DNA of 64,000 bases from assembly GCA_963850045.1 (NCBI GenBank), contig CAWKJL010000003.1:965288-1029287 (forward strand), written 5' to 3'. The notes below the pieces were generated by a model, which ran no database searches, was not told the origin of the DNA, and worked only from the letters and a program-made list of their open reading frames with translations. Made by a program: the position numbers and the translations under genes. Shown in pieces: positions 19,622 through 30,111 of this stretch (within the stretch, counting starts at the first letter, position 1; the number at the start of each line of letters is the position of its first letter). The DNA comes from an uncultured Chloroflexia bacterium (GTDB lineage: Bacteria > Chloroflexota > Limnocylindria > Limnocylindrales > CSP1-4).

Positions 19622-20936
19622 TCAGGCCGTGACCGGCTGGCCCGTGATCGCGACGCGCTCGATGAGGTCCGCCGCCCGGACCGTGCCGGACCCCGACTTG
19701 ATCCGCGACGACATCTCCGACAGCCGGCGCGCCAGGGAGCGGTCGGCGAGCAGCTCGTCGATCGCGTCCGACAGCTCTTCGTCGCGGAAGTCGTACGTCG
19801 CCAGCCGCCGCCCGAACCCGGTCTCGTCGACGCGCTGGGCGTTGTCGACCTGGTCCCAGAACAGCGGCAGCACGATCATCGGCTTGCCGTGGTGGAACGC
19901 CTCCGTGACGGTGTTGTTGCCGCCATGCGTGATCACGAGGTCCACCAGCGGGAGGATCGCCGGCTGCGGCAGGAACCCCTCCCCCGTCTGGTTGTCGTGG
20001 AGCGTGATCTGGTCGGCGAGCGGCCCCTTCGAGACGATGACCCGGTGCTCGGTGGTGGCGAGCAGATCGACCAGGCGCTGCATCAGCCCGACGTCCGCGG
20101 ACCCGAGCGAGCCCAGCGACAGGTAGATCAGCGCGCCGTCGCGCTCCTGGAGGTGGGCCGGCAGCTCCCAGGTCGTGTCGGCGGCACGCACCGACGAATC
20201 CACCCGGTGCCAGGTCGGGGCCGAGCGCGCGGTCGCGCGGGTAGTCGGCCTCGGCCGGGTAGCCATAGATGTTCAGCCAGGGCGACTCGGCGGTGAAGTC
20301 CGGGCCGAGCGAGCCGTACGACAGCCCGGGCTCACCGTGGTCGCGGCAGAACGCGTCGAAGTCGGCCCACAGGTCGCCGTGCGTCCGGCGGACCTCCTCG
20401 AGGAAGGCCGGCCAGTCGCGCCGGTCCGCCGCCGGATAGCCCGAGGAGAACGGCGCGATGGCCGGGTCCTTGATCTCCGCCGGGTTGCACGACACGATGC
20501 GAACCCACGGCCGCCCCGACGCCCCGAGCGCCGGGAACGACACCACGTTGTCCTCGACGATGACATCCGGCCTGAGCTCGTCGAAGATCTCGAGGAGCCT
20601 CGAGTCGACGTACTTCGCACCGTCGACCAGCGCCTGGAACGTCGGGGCGATGAACTCCCCGAGCTGCTCGATGGTCGGCTTGCGGAAGACCGGGGACGTG
20701 TCGCGGATGAAGTCGATCCAGAACTGGCCGGGGATCTCGGGCTCGGCCGGCGGCGGCCCGAGCCGCATCAGTCGCTCCTCGAAGCCCTTCGCCTCGAGCG
20801 TCCCGGCGAACGATTCCTCGACCACGAACACGACCCGATGGCCCCGTGCGCGCAGCACCTGCCCGATGCCGACGCAGTTGTTCGTCGGTCCGTAGGCACC
20901 CTCTGGGAAGAAGACGACGGTCCGGGCGTCGGTCAC
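19622..20936 (-). pseudogene. GT1-family (UDP-glycosyltransferase / MGT-like) glycosyltransferase, net +1 frame disruption in the run at 20217-20220
   Basis: The N-terminal ORF reads VVFFPEGAYGPTNNCVGIGQVLRARGH.... The C-terminal ORF reads LVITHGGNNTVTEAFHHGKPMIVLPLFWDQVDNA, a UDPGT signature. The junction reads ...RALGP/TWHRV once one C of a CCCC run is removed. Confidence 0.8.
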
Positions 20937-20952
20937 GCTCGCGCGGGTCCGC

Positions 20953-21186
20953 TCAATGGCCGTGCAGCACGGTACGCAGCCGCTCGTACTCCGGCTCGTC
21001 GATCTCGCCCTTGGCGAGGCGGGTCCGCAATGCGTCCATCGCCGGGTCTCGTGGTCCCTCCGACGCGCTCCCGTGGAGCGCGCGCGCCAGCAGCACGATC
21101 AGGGCGTACGCGGCCGCGACGATGAGGACCATGACGGCGACGGTCGCGATGATCACCAGGATCTCGGCGCCACCGACGTTCGGCAT
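20953..21186 (-). CDS. Small membrane protein with a C-terminal SHOCT domain
   Basis: 77 aa. One TM helix is followed by LRTRLAKGEIDEPEYERLRTVL, which fits the SHOCT motif. A GGAGGGG SD sequence precedes the ATG. Confidence 0.65.
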   Translation of the reverse strand: MPNVGGAEILVIIATVAVMVLIVAAAYALIVLLARALHGSASEGPRDPAMDALRTRLAKGEIDEPEYERLRTVLHGH

Positions 21187-21288
21187 CTGACCCCTCCAGG
21201 CTTTCGAGAATGTGCCTATCGAGAGAGTAGCGTCCCGGCGTCCGGGCGCAAGCGCGAGGACCGGCGTCGCAGCGACGGTAGCGCCCGG

Positions 21289-22080
21289 CTATGCGCCCCC
21301 CACTGCGTCCGCGGCGCGACGCAGTGGCGCCCATGGCACGACCACCCGCTCGATGACCCCGACGAGGGCGTAGAGGAGCAGCGAGATGATCGCGGTCAGC
21401 AGCATGGCCGCGAAGACGAGGTCGGTCCGGAAGCTGTTCTGCGAGAGTTGCATCCAGATCCCGAGGCCGCTCGTGGCGCCGACGTACTCGCCGAAGATCG
21501 CCCCGATCACGGCGTAGACGACGCTGATCCGGAGTCCCGTGAACAGGTACGGCAGCGCCGCCGGCCAGCGCAGGCGGCGGAACGCCTGGGACGAGGTCGC
21601 GCCCATCGAGCGCATCAGGTCCATCGCGGCGGGATCGACCCGCCCGAACCCGTCGAGCAGCACGATCGTCACCGGGAAGAACGTGACGAGCACGACGATC
21701 ACGACCTTCGGCAGCAGCCCGAAGCCGAACCAGATCACGAAGAGCGGCGCGATCGCGACGATCGGGATGGTCTGGCTCGCGACGAGCAGCGGCTCGACCG
21801 CGCGGCGGACCGGTGTCCAGCGGTCGAGCGCGATGGCCGCGGCGATCGCGAGGCCCACCGAAACGGCGATGCCGACGATGGTCTCGACGAGCGTCGGGAC
21901 GAGATGGGCTGCCGCGGCCCCGCGGAACTCCCACAGGGCCGTGAGCACCCGCGACGGCGCCGGGAGCGTCACCGGGTCCATGCCGGCCAGCCGGACATAG
22001 GCCTCCCAGAGCGCGACCAGCGCGAGCACCAGGAGTGCCGGTGGCACCCAGCGTCGCCGGCGGTCGCCCCGGCCGGTCAT
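21289..22080 (-). CDS. ABC transporter permease (NitT/TauT / ThiX-like family)
   Basis: 263 aa with 6 TM segments and an EAA-like loop (MRSMGATSSQAFRRLRWPAALPY). Its start overlaps the stop of the upstream binding-protein gene (ATGA at 22077-22080). Confidence 0.85.
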   Translation of the reverse strand: MTGRGDRRRRWVPPALLVLALVALWEAYVRLAGMDPVTLPAPSRVLTALWEFRGAAAAHLVPTLVETIVGIAVSVGLAIAAAIALDRWTPVRRAVEPLLVASQTIPIVAIAPLFVIWFGFGLLPKVVIVVLVTFFPVTIVLLDGFGRVDPAAMDLMRSMGATSSQAFRRLRWPAALPYLFTGLRISVVYAVIGAIFGEYVGATSGLGIWMQLSQNSFRTDLVFAAMLLTAIISLLLYALVGVIERVVVPWAPLRRAADAVGGA

Positions 22081-23222
22081 GGCAGGTAGGCGTTCGAGAA
22101 CAGGGCCGCGTAGTCGGGTGGCGCGGCCAGGGGCTTGCCATTCGCGTCGGTGAGCAGGCCCTGGTCGTAGAGGAAGCCCGAATACCCTTGCCAGCGCTCC
22201 AGCGTCTGGCGCCCGACGGCGCCCTGGGCGTCGCGGAGGTAGCCGCCGTCGGCGAGGAACCGCTGGCTGGCGGCCGGGAGGTCGGGGCTGCCGTCGAAGA
22301 CGCCCGGGTTCTCGGCGACCAGGATGCCCGCGGCGTCATCCGGATGATCCGCCGCGTACTCGAACCCGCGGGCGGAGGCCGAGACAAAGGCCTTCGCAAG
22401 GTCCGGCTCCTTGTCCAGCCAGCGCTGGTCGCAGGCGAGGACCACCTGGTAGAAATCCGGGAACCCGTAGTCGGTGAAGGCAAACGTCCGCAACGGGATG
22501 CCACGCTGGCCGGCTTCGATGCCCTCCCACGCCGAGAACGTGATCACGAAGTCGGCGCGCTTCGCGTACAGGGCCTCATAGGCTGCCGTGTCGAGGGTCA
22601 CGGTCGTGAAATCGCCCTTGCCCCCATCGGCCTTGATCACGGCCTTCAGCGTCGGGTCCTCGTTCGGGTAGCCGAACCCGGCGTACGTCTTCCCGTCGAG
22701 GTCGCGCGGCCGCGTGATGGCCGACGACTCGAGGACCGCGATCTCCTGGGCGGTGTGCTGGAGGATGGCCATCACCGAGACGATCGGCGCTCCCGCGGCC
22801 GCCGCGAACGTCATCGCGTCCTGGAAGCTGATCCCGCATTCGGCCTGGCCGGCCGCGATGAGCGCCTCGGGGGTCGCGCTCGAATACGGCAGCACCTGGA
22901 GGTCCACCCCGGCGTCGCGGTACCAGCCCTTCGACCGGGCGACGAAGAACCCGGTGTGGTTCGTGTTCGGGGTCCAGTCGAGGGCGAGGCGGACCGGCCG
23001 GGCCGGACCGGTATACGCGGAGGCCGATGGCGACGATGCAGCCGATGGCGACGCCGACGGGCTGGAGACGGCGACATCCGTGGCCGTCGCCGACGGCGAC
23101 GGGGTCGTCGCGCCCGATCCGGCCGGTGCGGGTCCGCACGCGGCGAGGCCGAAGAGCAGTGCGCTGAGGAGGAACGGGCGCAGGCTCGGATGCCGGCCGG
23201 TGCGCGGTGAGCTTGTGGTCAT
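22077..23222 (-). CDS. ABC substrate-binding lipoprotein, NMT1/THI5 (ThiY-like, HMP/thiamine-precursor) family
   Basis: Lipobox LLFGLAACG, then LALDWTPNTNHTGFFVARSKGWYRDAGVDLQVLPY, which is typical of NMT1/THI5-like binding proteins. I place the start at ATG 23222 (GGAGAC SD 7 nt upstream) rather than the track start at 23276. A TPP riboswitch lies immediately upstream. Confidence 0.85.
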   Translation of the reverse strand: MTTSSPRTGRHPSLRPFLLSALLFGLAACGPAPAGSGATTPSPSATATDVAVSSPSASPSAASSPSASAYTGPARPVRLALDWTPNTNHTGFFVARSKGWYRDAGVDLQVLPYSSATPEALIAAGQAECGISFQDAMTFAAAAGAPIVSVMAILQHTAQEIAVLESSAITRPRDLDGKTYAGFGYPNEDPTLKAVIKADGGKGDFTTVTLDTAAYEALYAKRADFVITFSAWEGIEAGQRGIPLRTFAFTDYGFPDFYQVVLACDQRWLDKEPDLAKAFVSASARGFEYAADHPDDAAGILVAENPGVFDGSPDLPAASQRFLADGGYLRDAQGAVGRQTLERWQGYSGFLYDQGLLTDANGKPLAAPPDYAALFSNAYLP

Positions 23223-23287
23223 CGATGGTCTCCAGGAGACAGGGACGCCGCCTCCGGGTGCCGGGGACGGCGTCATCGATGACGTTC

Positions 23288-23378
23288 GGCCTGCTTCCTT
23301 CGCCGGTACGAGCCGGATCAGGTTCGGCGGGTCTGCGGCAGGTGCCGCACTCTCAGCGCATCAGCGCTCCCCGGAGGC
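23288..23378 (-). promoter_or_regulatory. TPP (THI-box) riboswitch
   Basis: The minus-strand RNA reads GGGGAGCGCUGAUGCGCUGAGAGUGCGGCACCUGCCGCAGACCCGCCGAACCUGAUCCGGCUCGUACCGGCGAAGGAAGC. The CUGAGA, ACCC, ACCUGAUCCGG and CCGGCGAAGGAA elements are the conserved THI-element core. A downstream GUCUCC-UG-GAGAC hairpin can sequester the SD sequence. Confidence 0.85.
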
Positions 23379-23672
23379 ATATGAAGTTGGTGGCACCGTA
23401 CCACGGCGGCCCGCATGGCGGCCGATCCCACCATTCGGGCGGCAGCCGGCGACACATGCCTCTGGCTGGCAGCCAATGAGATCAGCACCAATGGCTCCGA
23501 CGCCTGCCTATCGCTGGCGTTGAGCCAGCGACTCCGAGGAACGAGTCGATCGCGGGTCGCCATCGCTGGCGGACGGCCAGCACGCAAGCACCGGCGACGC
23601 TTCCACTGTCGGATTCGATGGCCCTGCGCCAGCGCGACACCCACCTCGGGCGAGGCGCGGCGATCCGCGGTT

Positions 23673-24048
23673 CTAGGTGACCTCGTGGCCAGCGGCGGTC
23701 GAGCGCCGACACGGCGGCCTCGAAGTCGGGCTCGTGGACCAGGACGTAGTCCGTGTCGTAGGACGAGATCGCGAAGATCGCGACGCCGGCGTCGCGGAGC
23801 GGGTCGGCGATCGCGGCGACGACGCCGATGAGGGTCATCACGAGCGGTCCCTGCACCTTGAAGGCGCGCCACGGGCCCTCGGCCGGCAGCCCGGCCGGGA
23901 CGGCGTCGCTCGCGCCGACGATCGACAGCTCGTCGGGCGTGCGCGTGATCGAGACGAACTCACCCGCGTCGTCGACCCAGGCCGGGATCGCGCTGTCGGC
24001 CGGCAGGCGGCAGACGGTCAGCCGCGTCTCGAGGACGGTCAGCCGCAC
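23673..24048 (-). pseudogene. ACT-domain protein (ACT_7/CASTOR-like), net +1 frame disruption near 23694-23700
   Basis: VRLTVLETRLTVCRLPADSAIPAWV...FVSITRTPDELSIVG...GPWRAFKVQGPLVMTLIGVVAAIADPLRDAGVAIFAISSYDTDYVLV is typical. After removing one base, the tail reads ...SALDAAGHEVT-stop (TAG at 23673-23675). As given, the frame runs on with no further similarity. Confidence 0.6.
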
Positions 24049-24890
24049 CGCTGCCGCAGCCAGGCGATGATGTCGTCGATGATCGCCGGCCCCTCGGGCT
24101 CGTTGTGGAGCTCGTGACGAAGCTCCGGGAAGGTTCGCCGCTCGACGCCCGGCACCGTCGCCAGGACCGCCGACGCATCCGTCGGGACGAGGCGGTCGGC
24201 CTCGCCGTGGAGGACCAGCGTCGGCATGCCGAACCCGCCGGGCACGGCGGCGAGGACGCGCTCCTGCTCGCGGAACGCTTCGACCGCAAACCGGGCGGTG
24301 CTCGACTGGACGCACAGCGGGTCGCCGACGGTCTTCGCGGCGACGGACGGGTCGCGCGAGAGGGTCGTGCCATCGATGTCGTTGGGGATGTCGAACGTCG
24401 GGCGCACCTTGGCGATCACGCCGGCCAGCGAGCGCTTCCAGGCGGGGATCGCGGACCCGAGGGCGGGCGCGCTCAGGACCGCGAGATCCGGCTTCGGCCG
24501 GTCGGTGAGGAGGTAGCCGGCGGAGATCAGGCCGCCGAGCGAGTGGCCGTAGATCGCGACGCACCGATCGGAGGACGCGCCCCGGACCGCCGCCAGCCGC
24601 TCGGCGAGGTCGTCGTGGAGCTGCGACCACCGTTCGACGTCGCCGCGCCGGCCGCCCGAGCCGCCCATCCCGCGATGGTCGTAGGCCCAGGTCTCGATGC
24701 CGGCCGCGCTCAGCTGGTCGCCGACGTGCTCGTAGCGTCCCGAGTGCTCGCCCAGGCCGTGGACGAGCAGGACCGACGCCCACGGCGCACCAGCCCACGC
24801 GCCCCCGGCCTCGGCCTCATCCGCCGGCCAGTGCCGGACGAGCAGGTCCGTGCCGTCGGCGGCGGCGACATGGCTGACGATCGATGGCAT
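24039..24890 (-). CDS. Alpha/beta hydrolase (lysophospholipase / monoacylglycerol-lipase-like)
   Basis: 283 aa. Contains VLLVHGLGEHSGRYEHV, the nucleophile elbow GHSLGG, and the C-terminal LHNEPE motif typical of the Hydrolase_4 family. Confidence 0.85.
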   Translation of the reverse strand: MPSIVSHVAAADGTDLLVRHWPADEAEAGGAWAGAPWASVLLVHGLGEHSGRYEHVGDQLSAAGIETWAYDHRGMGGSGGRRGDVERWSQLHDDLAERLAAVRGASSDRCVAIYGHSLGGLISAGYLLTDRPKPDLAVLSAPALGSAIPAWKRSLAGVIAKVRPTFDIPNDIDGTTLSRDPSVAAKTVGDPLCVQSSTARFAVEAFREQERVLAAVPGGFGMPTLVLHGEADRLVPTDASAVLATVPGVERRTFPELRHELHNEPEGPAIIDDIIAWLRQRCG

Positions 24891-24936
24891 CGGCGCAGCG
24901 TACGCGACCGAGGCGGCCGCGATGGGACGCGACCGC

Positions 24937-24942
24937 TAGCAT
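24937..24942 (+). promoter_or_regulatory. Candidate -10 box TAGCAT placed for a leaderless MBL-hydrolase transcript
   Basis: A TANNNT hexamer ends 6 nt before ATG 24949, and there is no SD sequence in between. This is the geometry of actinobacterial leaderless mRNAs. Pattern match only. Confidence 0.3.
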
Positions 24943-24948
24943 CGTCCG

Positions 24949-25780
24949 ATGGGTGTCGGCGACGGCTGGGTCGAGATCGGCGATCGGGTCTTCGTCCGCC
25001 GCTACGCGTTCTACGACCAGAACATCGGCGTGATCCTCGGCGGCCGTGAAGCGCTCGTCATCGACACCCGCTCCACCCATGCCCAGGCGCGCGAGATCCT
25101 CGCCGACCTGCGCGACCTGACCCATGACCCGGTCACGGTCGTCGTCGATACCCACGGTCACTTCGACCACGCGTACGGCAACCGGGTCTTCCGGCCCGCG
25201 ACCATCTGGGGCCATGAGGGCTGCGTGAGGTTCATGGACCGCACCGGCGAGCAGCGGCGCGGGCGGATCGCCCGCGAGGAGCCGGCCCTCGCCGACGACC
25301 TCCGCGAGGTCGTCATCGACCCGCCGGACCGGATCTTCTCGGAGCGCGCGACCATCGAGGTCGGCGGACGCGCCGTCGAGCTCGCCTACCTCGGTCGCGG
25401 CCACACCGACCACGACATCGTCATCGACGTGCCCGGGGCGGACGTCCTGTTCGCCGGCGACCTGATCGAGCAGGGCAACGTTCCGTTCTTCGGCGACGGC
25501 TATCCCGCTCGACTGGGTCGCGACGGCCGACGCCCTGGTCCCGCTCGTGAGCGGCGTCGTCGTGCCCGGCCACGGCGACCATGCCGGCCGCGCGTTCGCC
25601 GCGGCGCAGGCCGCCTCGATCGCCGCGCTCGTGGACCTCGCCCGCCGTGTCCACGACGACGGCATGACCCTCGACGACGCGGTCGCGGCGCACCCGTTCC
25701 CGGACCAGCCGCCCGGGGATGCCAGGAGCGGGTTCAAGCGGGCGCTCGCGCAGCTCCGAAGCGAGCTCGACCAGGGTTAG
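24949..25780 (+). pseudogene. MBL-fold metallo-hydrolase, net +1 frame disruption at the CCC run 25504-25506
   Basis: Contains VVVDTHGHFDHAYGN (an HxHxDH motif) and GRGHTDHDIVI. The junction reads FFGDGYP/LDWVATADALVPLVSGVVVPGHGD after removing one C. The second part is ORF 25547-25780. Confidence 0.8.
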
Positions 25781-26790
25781 TCGGCCACCCGCACGATCCA
25801 GCGGCCGCGGGCCTCGCCGGCCACGATCGCATCGAGCGCCGCGTCGAGCGTGTCGAGCGTGACCTCCCGGCAATGCACGCCCAGGTCGCGCGGCCGCAGG
25901 TCCGTCGCGAGGCGGTCCCATGTCCACCGCCGACGCTCGATCGGCATGTTGACCGAGTCCATGCCGAGCAGTGCCACGCCGCGCAGGATGAACGGGAAGA
26001 CCGTCGTCGCGAGCGCCGGACCGCCGGCGTTGCCGCTCGACGCGACGGCACCGCCGATGCGGAGCGTGCGCAGCACGTAGGGGAGCGTCGCGCCACCGAC
26101 CGCGTCCACGGCCCCGGCCCAACGCTCCGACTCGAGCGGCTTGCCCTCGGCGGTCACCTCGTCCCGCGTCAGGATCCCGGCCGCGCCGAGCGCGGTCAGC
26201 CGCGCGGCCTCGTCGGGCTTGCCGGTCGCCGCCCAGACCTCGTAGCCGCGCTCGGCCAGGATCGCGAGGGCCGTCCCGCCGACGCCGCCGCTGGCGCCCG
26301 TCACGAGGACCGGCCCGTCGGCCGGCGTCAGGCCGCGCTCCTCGAGCGCGACGACCGACATCGCCGCGGTGAACCCCGCGGTCCCGATGCTCATCGCGTC
26401 GCGCGGCGTCAGGCCGGGGGCCAGCGGCACGACCCAGCCGGCCGGCACCCGCTGGTACGGCGTGTAGCCGCCATGCCGCGACACGCCGATCTCGTAGCCG
26501 TGGGCGACGACCTTCGAGCCGACGGCGATCGAGGGATCCTCGCTCGCGATCACCTCGCCGGCGAGGTCGATCCCCGGGATGAGCGGGCTGATCCGGGCGA
26601 CCTTGCCGTCTGCCCGGGTGGCGAGCCCGTCCTTGAAGTTGACGCTCGACCATTCGACGCGGACCTCGACCTCGCCGGCAGGCAGGTCGGACTCGCGGAA
26701 GGTGCGGATGCCACGCTCGACGGCCGCCACGCCGTCGCGGTCGACCTTCTCGGCGACGTAGGCGGGGAACTCGGCGGGGATCGCGGTCAT
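25777..26790 (-). CDS. MDR-family NADPH-dependent oxidoreductase, AcuI/YhdH (acrylyl-CoA reductase-like) subgroup
   Basis: 337 aa. VEWSSVNFKDGLA, PLIPGIDLAGEV and VLVTGASGGVGGTALAIL are typical of the YhdH/AcuI group. Its stop codon overlaps the convergent MBL stop codon (TTAG / CTAA). Confidence 0.85.
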   Translation of the reverse strand: MTAIPAEFPAYVAEKVDRDGVAAVERGIRTFRESDLPAGEVEVRVEWSSVNFKDGLATRADGKVARISPLIPGIDLAGEVIASEDPSIAVGSKVVAHGYEIGVSRHGGYTPYQRVPAGWVVPLAPGLTPRDAMSIGTAGFTAAMSVVALEERGLTPADGPVLVTGASGGVGGTALAILAERGYEVWAATGKPDEAARLTALGAAGILTRDEVTAEGKPLESERWAGAVDAVGGATLPYVLRTLRIGGAVASSGNAGGPALATTVFPFILRGVALLGMDSVNMPIERRRWTWDRLATDLRPRDLGVHCREVTLDTLDAALDAIVAGEARGRWIVRVAD

Positions 26791-26895
26791 GGCGCGAATC
26801 GTACGTCGGGCGCCGCACCGTGCGGGCCAGCGTTGCGTTTCGGTGGCGAGCGTTGACGGTCGATGGTTGCGGAGCGCACTATCCCGTCGTTGTGA

Positions 26896-29468
<2,573 letters not shown>

Positions 29469-29527
29469 CGTCGCGCCCCGACGCCGCCGAGCGGGGGTTG
29501 TCGGGTAGCCGACACTTGCGCTCGCGG

Positions 29528-29554
29528 TGAAACATCGCCGACCATCGGGCGTCT
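29528..29554 (+). promoter_or_regulatory. Candidate ECF-type autoregulated promoter (TGAAAC - 16 nt - CGTCT)
   Basis: The -35-like TGAAAC is at 29528-29533. A 16-nt spacer follows, then CGTCT at 29550-29554, 8 nt before ATG 29563. This matches the generic GGAAC-N16/17-CGTC pattern of ECF promoters. Pattern match only. Confidence 0.45.
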
Positions 29555-29562
29555 CCTGCTGC

Positions 29563-30111
29563 ATGGATGACCTAGAGGTCCTGCCGGCCGCCATGGCCCT
29601 GCCGACCCCACGGACCCATGAGGTCGCCGGAGCGATCTACGACGACCTTCAGCGCGAGCTCTTCTCCTTCGCGCTGCACGCCTGCCGCGACCGCGAGACG
29701 GCCGAGGATCTCGTCCAGGAAGCGTTCGTCCGGCTGATGGTCGAGATCGACGCCGGGCGGATGCCGACCAACGTCCGTGCGTGGCTCTATCGGGTCGTCG
29801 CCAACCTCGCGGTCTCGCGGGGCCGGCGGGCGACCGTCGCAAGGCGGGGACTCCACGCGGTCCCCGAGCCCGAGGACGACCTTGGCCCGGAGCCCTCGTA
29901 CCTCGAGGGTGAGCGGCGCTCGGACCTCGAGGTGGTGCTCGGAGAGCTCGGCCCCGATGCCCGCACGGCCGTCCTGATGGCCGCGAACGGCTTCAGCGGC
30001 CTCGAGATCGCCGATGCCATCCGGCGCAGCCCGAGCGCCACCCGCACCCTGATGTGCCGCGCACGCATGCAACTCCGCGAACGCCTGACCGCGCTGGAGA
30101 CCACGGCATGA
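29563..30111 (+). CDS. ECF-family RNA polymerase sigma factor (sigma-70 regions 2 and 4)
   Basis: Region 2 is ETAEDLVQEAFVRLMVEIDAGRMPTNVRAWLYRVVANLAVSRGRR. The region 4 HTH is ARTAVLMAANGFSGLEIADAIRRSPSATRTLMCRARMQLRERL. The start could also be GTG 29527 or ATG 29593. Confidence 0.85.
   Translation: MDDLEVLPAAMALPTPRTHEVAGAIYDDLQRELFSFALHACRDRETAEDLVQEAFVRLMVEIDAGRMPTNVRAWLYRVVANLAVSRGRRATVARRGLHAVPEPEDDLGPEPSYLEGERRSDLEVVLGELGPDARTAVLMAANGFSGLEIADAIRRSPSATRTLMCRARMQLRERLTALETTA

Noticed and set aside
21187-21288. Locally AT-richer spacer with repeated tcgaga motifs (ttcgagaatgtgcctatcgagaga), considered as an operator or mobile-element end.
   Set aside because: It is short, unique in the window and has no matching partner repeat. 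It most likely contains the SHOCT gene promoter and SD sequence. I cannot support more than that.
23207-23672. Small ORFs or an sRNA in the 290-nt gap between the ACT gene and the TPP riboswitch. Examples are the His/Gly-rich MKLVAPYHGGPHGGRSHHSGG... and the hairpin cgctggc-gttga-gccagcg at about 23512-23530.
   Set aside because: There is no SD sequence, no family resemblance and atypical composition. The region most simply holds the promoter of the thi operon. The evidence is not sufficient to call a feature.
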